From the IMG/VR virus record IMGVR_UViG_3300036945_000458, positions 1,143 to 65,142 of that record: a stretch of 64,000 nt of DNA; one strand, 5' to 3'. This stretch comes from a virus (lineage: Duplodnaviria > Caudoviricetes). Below, one piece after another: positions 52,721 to 62,566 of the stretch; the stretch's first letter is position 1; every line of letters begins with the position of its first letter. The notes under the pieces are model-generated. The model did not search any database and had not been told where the DNA came from. It saw only the letters and a list, made by a program, of their open reading frames with translations. The position numbers and the translations under genes are program-made.

Positions 52721-54253
52721 TTAGTCAATCGTAACGATACGCTTGCTAATTTCAAACTTCATTGATTCTAACGAATTCACAATACATTTAATCTCTGTAG
52801 ATGATATCTGTGGTAGATTAAACTGGTGTTTAGCTGCTTCGTAAATGAATCCTTCCTGCACTTTATCTGCTAATCCTTCTAATTCACGAACAGCATAACT
52901 CTCGTCAAGCTCAAGTGTATCAAATGAAAGATCGTGAAGAATGCTTGTAGCTTCTTCTCTTGCAACAGTCATAATAGGAAGATACTCATAACATCTACCT
53001 TTGTGTGCACCAATACCTACAACTTTCATAGGATTAATAAGAACAAGAACAGATTGATCACCACATCCTACGTAGTGAATCTGATCAGCTGTAAAGTGTA
53101 ATCCTGCAGCAGCACAATCTTGTGTACTCCAGTTACAGTCACTCATAGGCATACTAACAGTTCTACCAATACGAATGTCAAATGTTTTGGTCCAATCGTC
53201 TGTAAATCTATTCTCTGCTCTATTGGGAAGATCTAGATATAGTTCTGTCAATCCACCAATCTTTTCTCCATGGTTTACATTCCACACTTCATCATAAGTG
53301 TACTCTTCTACATCACCTGTACCATCACATTCAGGACAATCAAACCAATCCTCATCTCCATTATAATCAACATCATCCCATCCACCTTCACCTAAACATT
53401 CAGGACATGTTGTAGATGTGCGAGTTTCTGTTTTAGTCAAATCATCTTCGTGAACAAGAACGTATTCACCATCTTTCAAGAACACTGTATACTTATCAGG
53501 AGATTTCTTCCACACAGCTTTCACCTTGTTGTAAGTGTTGCTTACAAAGTGTACAAGCTCAGGAGAACCATGAAGTGTTACAACATTTCTAAGGGCTACA
53601 AAGAAACCTTGTTTAGTGATTTTGAAACTGTTGTCTGTTAAGAATCTGTACAACTCATTAGCTACCTCAGCTCTTGGGTTTAAACAACACCACATAAAGA
53701 ATCTCTTGTGAGCCAAGTATTCATCATCTTGATTAAGAGCTTCTTCAAACGTTCTGTCATCAGCCATTTGTTGTCCAACTCTGTCCACAATCTCAATGAA
53801 TTTCTCCACAAGTAATTGAGGAAGACTTCTAGATGTACCTGCTAGATAGACAACATTGTCTTCTACAATGAAATCATCAAGATCTTCTAACAACTTAATC
53901 CCTTTCAACAGGGCTTGTTTACGTTTCAATTCTGCATCAGCTGCAATACGTTGGTCAGCAACTTCAGGTGTCATAACTACCTTAAGAATATCAGACTCAG
54001 TTTGTGCTAATGATACAGTAAAATAATCTTGCTCTGTAGCTCCTGGTTTACTGAATATGTTACCATTTGCCATCACCACAGTTAGTGTATCATTTACTAA
54101 CTTAAGATTCTTGTAGAGTTGTTTGTCTACATCATAATCAGAGCCCACAGGAACTTCATCTTCCATTAGACTCTCTAGCTTGCTAGCTACCACTTTCTCA
54201 ATTGCTCTCTCTGCAGTTCCTTTGAACCACTCTAAACTTAAAAATTTGCTCAT
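52721..54253 (-). CDS. rIIB-like protein with inserted DnaJ-type zinc finger
   Basis: NPRAEVANELYRFL...ITKQGFFVALR, CAAAGLH, INPMKVV, KGRCYEY; insert CPECLGEGG...CPECDGTG; lies downstream of the rIIA-like gene. Confidence 0.8.
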   Translation of the reverse strand: MSKFLSLEWFKGTAERAIEKVVASKLESLMEDEVPVGSDYDVDKQLYKNLKLVNDTLTVVMANGNIFSKPGATEQDYFTVSLAQTESDILKVVMTPEVADQRIAADAELKRKQALLKGIKLLEDLDDFIVEDNVVYLAGTSRSLPQLLVEKFIEIVDRVGQQMADDRTFEEALNQDDEYLAHKRFFMWCCLNPRAEVANELYRFLTDNSFKITKQGFFVALRNVVTLHGSPELVHFVSNTYNKVKAVWKKSPDKYTVFLKDGEYVLVHEDDLTKTETRTSTTCPECLGEGGWDDVDYNGDEDWFDCPECDGTGDVEEYTYDEVWNVNHGEKIGGLTELYLDLPNRAENRFTDDWTKTFDIRIGRTVSMPMSDCNWSTQDCAAAGLHFTADQIHYVGCGDQSVLVLINPMKVVGIGAHKGRCYEYLPIMTVAREEATSILHDLSFDTLELDESYAVRELEGLADKVQEGFIYEAAKHQFNLPQISSTEIKCIVNSLESMKFEISKRIVTID

Positions 54254-54291
54254 TGTTTTAAATATTTAATTATTAATTGTTACTTGATAAG

Positions 54292-54313
54292 AGAGGGACA
54301 CGAATGTCCCTCT
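54292..54313 (-). terminator. UUCG-capped hairpin, probable terminator
   Basis: Minus strand AGAGGGACA-TTCG-TGTCCCTCT, with a weak U-tract. Confidence 0.6.
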
Positions 54314-54315
54314 GT

Positions 54316-54420
54316 TTAATCTTCTTCTTCATTGAAATCAGCATGTTCTCTACACTCATTACAAATACCTGTGTCATCCAGCCATTCTGGAGCACCACAG
54401 CAATCACTTAGTCCACTCAT
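54316..54420 (-). CDS. Cys-rich microprotein (34 aa), not in ORF track
   Basis: MSGLSDCCGAPEWLDDTGICNECREHADFNEEED*. Confidence 0.6.
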   Translation of the reverse strand: MSGLSDCCGAPEWLDDTGICNECREHADFNEEED

Positions 54421-54423
54421 AAT

Positions 54424-56736
54424 TTAATTGATTAATTGTTCTACAGTTTCTTCTGTCAATGCTTCAACTGATTCTTCATTAAGCTTAACACTATATCTAG
54501 TATAGTTCACTCTGTGTTTGTAATACTTGAACAAATCACTGATTGCATTAACTAAATCATCATTATTATTGCTATACGTACGAAGAGTTCCCATCATAGG
54601 TTCTAAGAATGGTAACTTATCTACTACAGAAAGAACATCTTTGTATACATCATAGATTTCGTGATCAAACAAATTGTTTGCTTCAGCAACTTCTAACATT
54701 GCATCATAGATAGTTTCATGAGAATCATAATAGTTTTTGTAAACATATTCCTCTAACAATTCTAACTTTTGAAATAGGTCATCAGACACAGTTTGTAAAT
54801 GTTTTCTGTTAGAGAATAAGTTTTTACAACTGATCGTCAATCGTTTGATTAGATATGCAGTGATCAGTCTTTTAAATGGTTTTGTATTACCTTCTATAAA
54901 TTTAGAATAAGGGATTAAATTGTGAATTTCTACTTTGTCCAATACATTTAATTCTCTTGGTGAGAATGTTAGAAACTTGGCACTTTGTTTTTCAAACACT
55001 TTGTACAAAGGATCTAACTTAGCTGCTTCATCATGAGATGCATAAACATATAAACATTTTTGTTTACCAATCTCTTCTAGCTTAAATGTCTTTGGAACCC
55101 ATTTACAATTTTTACCATCTACCCATTTCTGTAATGGTTCACCAATCTTACTAACCACTTCACCTTGAAGTTTAATGATTCGTTTACCATTAGCATCTGT
55201 TCTACCAAGAGAACCTCCCCTAACAGAAACTTTCTGTTTCTTCTTAGCATCTAACCAATCTTGTGGAATTACAATAGTGTCAACGTTGATGAACTTACTG
55301 GTAAATAAAGATTGTACATATTGAAACTCTTTGATACGTGCTCTCCATTCAGACTTTGGATATCTTCCCAATTCTAATATCTCGTAATACGTATTGTATC
55401 CCTTAGAATGGTAGTTACCAAGTTTGTGAGATCTCTTCTTTTTAAGAATCTTATACTCAGATCGTTTATCAAAGATATCTTTCATGTAAAGTTTTACATT
55501 ACCCTTGATTCTATCTTCATACACATAATAGTGAGTGTCATCTACGTGTGTAACATGTAAACTAGATCTCCAGTAATTATTCTTAACATCTCTCATTTTA
55601 CTGTTCTGAATACTGAAGTTCACTTCGTATTCTGACAAGATATAATCTCTGTGCTTATGAAGAGTTCTCAAGTTCAAAAGCTCAACACCTTGTAATTTAG
55701 GTTCTAGAATAGGAAGAGTGCTATATTGTAATAATCCACTAATGTTGAAGCTTTTGCTAATCATATTCAAATAACGATCACCATTTCCATAATACTCAAA
55801 TATGGAGAGAATGTCACTATTACTAGTGATACCTTCGTTGTATTTGGTAACAATATGATCTGCAAACTCTTCAATCTTTGCAAGGATAAGACCTTTGGAT
55901 TCTTGTGTATATCTAAGAGCCTCTCTGTTTGGAGTTGGGAATATCCCATCAGTCAAACTGAATCTCAATCCTACAGGAATTCTGATAGCATTTATACTAA
56001 GCTTATCAAAGTCAAGAGGATAATAGACATTGTCTAGACAGATGTGTAATCTTGAATCTTGAGCTAGTTCAGAGAATTGATAGATGCTATTTCTGTGAAT
56101 AGAGAAATTGTTATCAATTCCATCTACATCAAACCATACACTCTCGAAATAGGCAAGTTGTGTTTTGATTTTCTCTTCAAAATCATTTCTATCACCCCAT
56201 TTAACTGGCACAATAATCTTCACACCATTACCCTCAGATGTTGTTTCTTCACTCAATAGATCAATAGTGTTTACGTCTTCTCCTTCATACATCATATACT
56301 TACGCTCCACACCATCTTTTCTACATATGAAATAGAAACTACTAGAATAAGCAAGAGGGGCTTTGAAACCTAATCCCATCATACCTAATTCTGTGTTACT
56401 GTCTCGCTTAGTAGACTTACCATACTTACTAATAATGTTCTTCACATCATCAGCATCTAAACCAATACCAAAATCCTCTACACAGAATTCATAATTGTCC
56501 TGTGAGTTTCTTCCAAATGAAACGATAATAGGTTTATCCACTCCTGCTCTTCTGTGACTATCTAAAGCATTACTTGCGCATTCTCTAATAGTTGAGCCAA
56601 TAGAATCTGAATAGAGATTCTTACTTAACATCTGCATCAAGATTTGTGCAGAATCTAAGTCTAGCGACATTCCAATGGAATCTTGTGATTGTCCCTGTTG
56701 TAAAATGTTTGCTTCTGTTTGTTTTTCTAAAATCAT
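54424..56736 (-). CDS. rIIA-like protein (GHKL/HSP90-type ATPase domain)
   Basis: LYSD...IRECASNALDS, EDFGIGL, YGKSTKR, GMMGLGFKAPLAYS, NGVKIIVPV, TPNREALRYT. ATG at 56736 preferred. Confidence 0.85.
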   Translation of the reverse strand: MILEKQTEANILQQGQSQDSIGMSLDLDSAQILMQMLSKNLYSDSIGSTIRECASNALDSHRRAGVDKPIIVSFGRNSQDNYEFCVEDFGIGLDADDVKNIISKYGKSTKRDSNTELGMMGLGFKAPLAYSSSFYFICRKDGVERKYMMYEGEDVNTIDLLSEETTSEGNGVKIIVPVKWGDRNDFEEKIKTQLAYFESVWFDVDGIDNNFSIHRNSIYQFSELAQDSRLHICLDNVYYPLDFDKLSINAIRIPVGLRFSLTDGIFPTPNREALRYTQESKGLILAKIEEFADHIVTKYNEGITSNSDILSIFEYYGNGDRYLNMISKSFNISGLLQYSTLPILEPKLQGVELLNLRTLHKHRDYILSEYEVNFSIQNSKMRDVKNNYWRSSLHVTHVDDTHYYVYEDRIKGNVKLYMKDIFDKRSEYKILKKKRSHKLGNYHSKGYNTYYEILELGRYPKSEWRARIKEFQYVQSLFTSKFINVDTIVIPQDWLDAKKKQKVSVRGGSLGRTDANGKRIIKLQGEVVSKIGEPLQKWVDGKNCKWVPKTFKLEEIGKQKCLYVYASHDEAAKLDPLYKVFEKQSAKFLTFSPRELNVLDKVEIHNLIPYSKFIEGNTKPFKRLITAYLIKRLTISCKNLFSNRKHLQTVSDDLFQKLELLEEYVYKNYYDSHETIYDAMLEVAEANNLFDHEIYDVYKDVLSVVDKLPFLEPMMGTLRTYSNNNDDLVNAISDLFKYYKHRVNYTRYSVKLNEESVEALTEETVEQLIN

Positions 56737-56747
56737 TGTTCTAAGTT

Positions 56748-57074
56748 TTAAATTGTTTCTCTTTTTACTAACCAAATTTGTCTTCCATAAAGATCTACTG
56801 ACACTGTCAAGTTGTGATCTTCAGGTGTAACTTTCCATTCTTTTTTTGTTCTTGTATAAGGATTGCCATTCCATACATAATTAGTTGTTACTATCTCTTG
56901 TCTAGTACTACATCTAACATTTTCATGCAATGGTTGTTTTGTACTCCAATGCACTTTGGTTTTACTCAACCTTGGTGCTCTTAACACTTTTAAATACTTG
57001 AAGTTTGACTGACAAGATATCATTATCTCGTCACCCACTTGTAAATCTTGAATTTCGATTACTTGATTTTCCAT
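56748..57074 (-). CDS. Hypothetical protein
   Basis: ORF in operon. Confidence 0.6.
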   Translation of the reverse strand: MENQVIEIQDLQVGDEIMISCQSNFKYLKVLRAPRLSKTKVHWSTKQPLHENVRCSTRQEIVTTNYVWNGNPYTRTKKEWKVTPEDHNLTVSVDLYGRQIWLVKRETI

Positions 57075-57085
57075 GTTTTTAATTT

Positions 57086-57805
57086 TTAAAATGGGGGATC
57101 AATGTTCAACCACATGATTGTGTCTGCATTGTTTTCCCAAACGATTTTGTTTACTTTAGTGAATACATCTTCTGTATCCCATTGTGTGTTTCTGTAACTA
57201 GCAGAAGCTGGATGAGATGTGACAAACTGCCACGTAAAAGGTGCACAATACTTCTTATACTTAGATGCTTCTTTACCAAGAAATACTGTAGGCACTCCTG
57301 TAGGATTAATAATCTCTTCATATAGGAATTTAATGAATGGTTCCCAAATGTCAAGATGACTTCCTGCCTTGTTGATTTCTGTGGTTAGTGCTGCATTGAG
57401 CATAAGTACTCCTTGTCTGGAGAGATAGTCTACATCTGGACCTCTTTCAGCTTCAAGACAGAGACCATCGTAGATCTCTTTCTCAATACCTGTATAGAAT
57501 TGGTCCAATGTTGGTTGTAGTTTTCCTGTTACAGTACAACCCATAAGAAGTCCATCAGCTACAGGACTTCCATTGTAAAGTGAGTGATAAGGGCACAAGC
57601 CCATTAGAACTACCTTCAGATCATCTAAAGGTGTTTCTTGAAAGCATCTCCAAACATTTTGAGACAGAGGAGCAATACTTTTGCCCCTCTTACTCTCAGA
57701 TTTTAGATATGCATAAATCTTATCACACTCTTCACTTTCGATGAATGGCCTGATCTTAGCATGCCAACTCTCGTGAAAATTGTCTTTAAATTTACTCCAC
57801 TGCAT
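57086..57805 (-). CDS. ung: Uracil-DNA glycosylase family 1-like protein (variant active site)
   Basis: DLKVVLMGLCPYH (canonical GQDPYH), QGVLMLNAALT, GSH...WEPF, FLGKEA, SHPAS. Confidence 0.8.
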   Translation of the reverse strand: MQWSKFKDNFHESWHAKIRPFIESEECDKIYAYLKSESKRGKSIAPLSQNVWRCFQETPLDDLKVVLMGLCPYHSLYNGSPVADGLLMGCTVTGKLQPTLDQFYTGIEKEIYDGLCLEAERGPDVDYLSRQGVLMLNAALTTEINKAGSHLDIWEPFIKFLYEEIINPTGVPTVFLGKEASKYKKYCAPFTWQFVTSHPASASYRNTQWDTEDVFTKVNKIVWENNADTIMWLNIDPPF

Positions 57806-57815
57806 AATTTAATTT

Positions 57816-58370
57816 TTAATTTTTATATTTCCATATAAATCCATTTGAACTTTTTCTATAACCATTACATACTGAACTAATGTGACCAGGATTAAATCCT
57901 AATTCTTCTTTTATAAAGCTAGCCCCTTTCCATTCTTGTATAAAATTTCCATCTTTATCAAATTGCAAAACAGGTTTCGATTTGTTCCTTAAATTTTTAC
58001 GATGTTGATGAGATTTCTTTTTACCTAGATGAGCATTTCTCATCTTTTCTTTTGTTTCTGAAGAATGTTCATAAGTTTGCCTTCCTACAATCATTAAATT
58101 GTAACCATGTTCACTGTTTGTTGCATTATAAAAATTCACCCAATATTGTTCTTTGGCTGATAATTCTTCTACACTACAATATTCAATGGTTATAAAACAA
58201 AAAGAATCTTCCCCATACTTGTTCCAAGAATGTTGTAAATAAACATTTACATGTTTATTGTTTCTTAAAGCCCATCTATGTGAACTTTTTCTACTAGAAA
58301 GGGACTTGGCTTTTCCAATGTAAACTTTATTTGTTACATTGTTTTTAATACAATAAATTCCTGTTTTCAT
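57816..58370 (-). mobile_element. Free-standing GIY-YIG homing endonuclease with NUMOD3/NUMOD1-like DNA-binding motifs
   Basis: GIYCIKNNVTNKVYIG, R...H, GYN, HSSETKEKMR, KPVLQFDKDGNFIQEW...ISSVCNG...GFIWKY. Confidence 0.85.
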
Positions 58371-58430
58371 CTTTAAAATTTTTAAGTTATAAAGATACAA
58401 AAATATATTTTATTAATTTATTCCATTCCA

Positions 58431-58673
58431 TTAGTTAATACATATTGCGTTATAATCTTCTCCAGGTAACATAACAGAGTCTTCTGATATGTACACCTGT
58501 TCTAAATCTCTTGAATCATTGATGTTTGACATTTGCATTAACGTTGGTGTGAATATCACTTTGTCGTATTGATTACCTTCATCATCTCTTGCATATACCA
58601 CTTCATAGTTTTCAATCTCAGGGTTGTTCTTAACCATCAATATGATGCTGTTTAAATACTCTCTTACAGTCAT
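58431..58673 (-). CDS. Hypothetical protein (DDEGN motif)
   Basis: VVYARDDEGNQY. Confidence 0.6.
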   Translation of the reverse strand: MTVREYLNSIILMVKNNPEIENYEVVYARDDEGNQYDKVIFTPTLMQMSNINDSRDLEQVYISEDSVMLPGEDYNAICIN

Positions 58674-58675
58674 GA

Positions 58676-59434
58676 TTAAAACAATTGAAGTTGACGAGCA
58701 GGTGCACGTAATGGTGTAACCTCTATACCAGCAGCAGCAGTGAAGAAGTTATGAGCATCAATGTGATTATCCATCCACAACGTAGGGTGAACTTCTTTCA
58801 TAGAGAATGTTGTAAACTGATACAACTCCCAAAGACTTCCTGATGCACCATAATCATGTGTAGGGTTTTCCAACTCTTTTCTGATGATGTTCAACTGTGT
58901 GCTCTCAATAAATTGTTCTTCTACAATCATACGTCCAATCAATTCAGCCTGAACTCTTCTGCTTACATCAATAGATTTCATTGTCTCACGTTCTGCCTGC
59001 ATTCTTTGAAATGCATCTCCTGCTCTCTGGATGTATTCAGTGATTGCTTGTGGTGTAAACTCTTGGATTTCTCCTTGGTGTTTTTTCTTGAAAGCTCCAT
59101 AATCACCTGACACACAGCCATTAGAACAAATAAAGATCTTTGTTCCAATTGCAAACTTTAAGGATAAAGATTTGTCATATGAGTTTTGCCACCCAATTTG
59201 TAATTGCATCTCTGAGTCTGCTACATTCTTAATAGCAAACTTTCCATTGGCAACATTACCATTTCTAGCAGAAGAATAAGATTCTGTAGCTAATTCAAAA
59301 CCTGATTGATGTATACTCTCAAGAGTAAGATCAATTAGTCTTTCATGACTTACTGGTTTGTAAGTTCTTGTTTGTTGAGGAATCTCTGCGTTAATCAGGA
59401 TACTCTTTGCTGATTCATAAGTTTTTACGTCCAT
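58676..59434 (-). CDS. DUF932-like protein
   Basis: YKPVSH, NSYDKS, FICSNG, KKH, SLWELYQ; C-terminal QLQLF. Confidence 0.75.
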   Translation of the reverse strand: MDVKTYESAKSILINAEIPQQTRTYKPVSHERLIDLTLESIHQSGFELATESYSSARNGNVANGKFAIKNVADSEMQLQIGWQNSYDKSLSLKFAIGTKIFICSNGCVSGDYGAFKKKHQGEIQEFTPQAITEYIQRAGDAFQRMQAERETMKSIDVSRRVQAELIGRMIVEEQFIESTQLNIIRKELENPTHDYGASGSLWELYQFTTFSMKEVHPTLWMDNHIDAHNFFTAAAGIEVTPLRAPARQLQLF

Positions 59435-59438
59435 TGTT

Positions 59439-59618
59439 TTATTGTTTTAAGTCCATTTTTCTACCAAAGAATTTACTAAGAATACCTTCAAGGTTTTCTA
59501 TACCAATACATTCAACTTCATCATTGTCTGTAGTGTACAACCATTCAATATTCTCTTTAATCTGTTCTTCAAGAAGGTCTAATTTTTCTTCTTCTTCAAA
59601 ATCATCGTAATCTCTCAT
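59439..59618 (-). CDS. Small acidic hypothetical protein
   Basis: ATG at 59618 overlaps the primase stop (ATGA). Confidence 0.55.
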   Translation of the reverse strand: MRDYDDFEEEEKLDLLEEQIKENIEWLYTTDNDEVECIGIENLEGILSKFFGRKMDLKQ

Positions 59619-60616
59619 AATAATTTTTTCTTTTTTAATACTTTTTCTATTGTACTCATGCCATAATCCTTGGCTAGGTCTGCCCAATCTTTGATTCCAT
59701 CAGATAAATAACTTCTGGGAACATTTGCATATTCAAAACCAAAGAGATCAGTGATTTGTTTAGAGTTTGCCACTCCTGTTGGATCAGAATCAAATGATAG
59801 GATTTGTCTTTGAGAATTAGATTTGAGATATTCTACATTCTCTTCAGAGAAACATGCTATTCCTTCATTCTGAACTGCACAACAGCAGGGTAACAACTTC
59901 TTCATCACCATATAGTCTTTCTTGCTCTTATTAATAAAAGCAACTTCACAATTTGCAATGTCTTCTTTACCATCCATTGCAGTGATTGGAACATTGTTTG
60001 GAACCCACTTGTATCTAGACTCAGCATATGGTCTATATATCTTCCAGTGTCCATCATATAAATAACCAAACCTTAGTTCTGTATCCTTCATGGAAAACAG
60101 TTGTTTGTTTAGATATACCTTAGACAAACTGTAGACATTGTTTGCTCGTAAATCATCAATGCTCTGATGATACTGAGCCCAATACGCTAATTCTTCGTTT
60201 GTAAACTTTCTAGTAACTACTTGAATAAGGGAATATCGTTTACCAAGATCTTCAGGTTGTTTATACTCACTAATGATTCTTTTGTAATCTCCCACTATTC
60301 CTGTAGATATACCAAGGCCAAAGTCTTGATCAATCATTCTCAAGACTTGGTCTATGGTAGTTAAGTTGTGTAGTAGTTTGACAAATGTAAAGCAGTTTCC
60401 ACGTTTGGTTCCATCTGCAAAATCTATAAAGAATAATGTACCATACCTATTGCCAATAATGAATGAAGGATTGTCTTCCTTCCTGAATGGAGATAATGTA
60501 GCAACATTAAGTTTCCAATTCTTGTGTGGCATATAGCGCATGAATACATCATACTCTGAGATTTTACTAAGAACACTCTCAGGTGTTAATCCAAGTTTTC
60601 TTTGTCCTTTTATCAT
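59615..60616 (-). CDS. DNA primase (crAss-like, TOPRIM)
   Basis: SPFRKEDNPSF, KIYRP, KSKKD, FDSDPTG, KDWAD. ATG at 60616 (the upstream GTG/ATG lies inside a terminator). Confidence 0.8.
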   Translation of the reverse strand: MIKGQRKLGLTPESVLSKISEYDVFMRYMPHKNWKLNVATLSPFRKEDNPSFIIGNRYGTLFFIDFADGTKRGNCFTFVKLLHNLTTIDQVLRMIDQDFGLGISTGIVGDYKRIISEYKQPEDLGKRYSLIQVVTRKFTNEELAYWAQYHQSIDDLRANNVYSLSKVYLNKQLFSMKDTELRFGYLYDGHWKIYRPYAESRYKWVPNNVPITAMDGKEDIANCEVAFINKSKKDYMVMKKLLPCCCAVQNEGIACFSEENVEYLKSNSQRQILSFDSDPTGVANSKQITDLFGFEYANVPRSYLSDGIKDWADLAKDYGMSTIEKVLKKKKLL

Positions 60617-60619
60617 AAT

Positions 60620-60645
60620 AAAAAACCCCCACATTTCTGTGAGGG
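60620..60645 (-). terminator. Rho-independent terminator
   Basis: Minus strand CCCTCACA-GAAA-TGTGGGGG-TTTTTT. Confidence 0.75.
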
Positions 60646-60666
60646 CTCTATATTTAATAACTGTTA

Positions 60667-61536
60667 TTAATAATCAGAACCATCATCAGAAATAACTTTG
60701 TCTGATGCGACTAAGTTATCGTCTGGATTGTATTCTCTCAAGTCTGTGAATGTGTAATAGTCTTTACAACCATACTCTCCTGTCATATTAAGAACAAATC
60801 TTTCATGTGGTTTAAGATCTTTTGATTTCTTAGCCTGAAGACCTGCAATGATCTTTTTATCAGAATAATCAACCAATCTAAAGTTTTTCAAAGAATAAGC
60901 TGGTAAGAAAGCTCTGTTATAAATACCTTGGTATTCTTTAATTTCACCATCTTTGTCTTTAGTGATAACAATAGCAGAAGCTACAACATTACCACACCAT
61001 TCTCCACCTATTTGGTCTTTCAAATCACGTACATTACCTTTCATAAGCTTTTTCCATTCTAGTGTAAGAGTGGTGTCAGCATGACGATAATCTAATTCGC
61101 ATAACCATGTGCGTAAGAAGTTGTAAAGATCTTCTTCTCCTACATTTGCTTGACGATAGTCTCTATTAGAGAACCATTCAGGCAAGTTGTTTGGATCATC
61201 AGCCCAAGAACACATACCAATCTCATTGATATATTGTTGTTTAGTTCCATCTTTATTCTCTCTTCCCTTGTCCTCTAAGAAGAAGCTCACTTTGAACTTG
61301 TCTTGATTCTTAACTTCTTCAAGCCAAAAGTCAACACGTAGTACAGTGTTACCATCTCTCTCGCTTAGATATTCTGTAGCTTTAGAATCTTCTTTGATTT
61401 CCATACCTAGAACATCTTTAAACTGTTCTGCTGTTGGATTCACTGCAATCACTTTAGCTTCAAATAATCCTACAAATTTCTTAAAGTCTCCACCATTTCC
61501 TGTGTTTTCTCTTTTCTTTCCTCCAATGTTACTCAT
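60667..61536 (-). CDS. Replication-module protein, possibly SSB-like
   Basis: Between the AAA ATPase and primase; acidic C-terminus (SDDGSDY). Function inferred from context. Confidence 0.45.
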   Translation of the reverse strand: MSNIGGKKRENTGNGGDFKKFVGLFEAKVIAVNPTAEQFKDVLGMEIKEDSKATEYLSERDGNTVLRVDFWLEEVKNQDKFKVSFFLEDKGRENKDGTKQQYINEIGMCSWADDPNNLPEWFSNRDYRQANVGEEDLYNFLRTWLCELDYRHADTTLTLEWKKLMKGNVRDLKDQIGGEWCGNVVASAIVITKDKDGEIKEYQGIYNRAFLPAYSLKNFRLVDYSDKKIIAGLQAKKSKDLKPHERFVLNMTGEYGCKDYYTFTDLREYNPDDNLVASDKVISDDGSDY

Positions 61537-61555
61537 CTTAATTTAATTTTAGTTT

Positions 61556-61819
61556 TTATAATTCTTTTTCAAATCTTTCTTCCCAGATCTTTCTAGTTTC
61601 ATATGGATTAGCTACATAAGCGTTTAATGCTTCCATTCCTTCTTTCACTGTTGAGAAAGGAATTGATTTACATCCTACTCGAATAACGCATCCTATTGAT
61701 AAGAATTCTATTCTAATTTCATACTCTCTAAGAGCATCTTGTCTTGCTCCAAGTACTGGTCTTGTGCAAAGTACGTCTGGTTCTTGCATTGTTGATTTTT
61801 CTGTTAATTCTTCTCTCAT
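61556..61819 (-). CDS. Hypothetical protein
   Basis: ORF in operon. Confidence 0.55.
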   Translation of the reverse strand: MREELTEKSTMQEPDVLCTRPVLGARQDALREYEIRIEFLSIGCVIRVGCKSIPFSTVKEGMEALNAYVANPYETRKIWEERFEKEL

Positions 61820-61831
61820 TTTTAATTTAAT

Positions 61832-62503
61832 TTAGTTATAATATTGATTTAATGTGTCTACAACAAGTTGTAAGTTGTTTGGTATCTTTAGTTCACTAAA
61901 CATTCCATCTGGGCTCTTAGCTGGGAACTTTCTAAAACGATTGGTGATGAATTGATAATCCATTGAACCATCTTTCTTTTCATCAACATGTGTGTAAAGA
62001 CACACAGTCAATAGTCCTTCAAGAAGTACTTGGTTATCAATCAATTTACCTGCTGTTTTAATCTTGTACCCAATAATCTCACCACCATCTTCGATAGTTT
62101 CAGGATGTGTGAAATAGAACACCTTGATGTCATCTCTCAATAATCTAGCAGTTCTGAATAGATCCACCATATCCTTAGCCATTACGCTAAACTTGGTGTA
62201 ACCCACTTCAGTTGCTTTAGCCACCATACTGAATCCCATAATGTAATTACTGTCTTCAATAACGATGTTCTTAATGTGAGGTGCTTTCTCAGAGATTGTT
62301 TTCAACAAACGAGTAATCTCATTTGCATCATCAACTTCCTTGTAATTCTTGTTGTCTGCGTTGTACAACTTCTCGCTACCTTTAAAGGGTAACTCTTTCT
62401 TTGCTACGTTAATAATGTACGTCTCCTTTGGATCTAGATGTTTAATACTAGTAGATTTACCAGTACCAGTTGCACCCACGATCCCAATCAATTTTGAACT
62501 CAT
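61832..62503 (-). CDS. AAA_24/Sak4-like P-loop ATPase
   Basis: GATGTGKSTS, IVIED, KTAGKLID, PAKSPDGMF, IPNNL. Confidence 0.8.
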   Translation of the reverse strand: MSSKLIGIVGATGTGKSTSIKHLDPKETYIINVAKKELPFKGSEKLYNADNKNYKEVDDANEITRLLKTISEKAPHIKNIVIEDSNYIMGFSMVAKATEVGYTKFSVMAKDMVDLFRTARLLRDDIKVFYFTHPETIEDGGEIIGYKIKTAGKLIDNQVLLEGLLTVCLYTHVDEKKDGSMDYQFITNRFRKFPAKSPDGMFSELKIPNNLQLVVDTLNQYYN

Positions 62504-62566
62504 GTTACTTTTTTTAGTTATTTTTAAGTAATAAATATACGCAAATATTCGTAATAATACAAATGA

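Noticed and set aside
57816-58400. Group I intron around the GIY-YIG endonuclease
   Set aside because: Flanking genes look complete and the spacers are too short for a ribozyme core; treated as free-standing.
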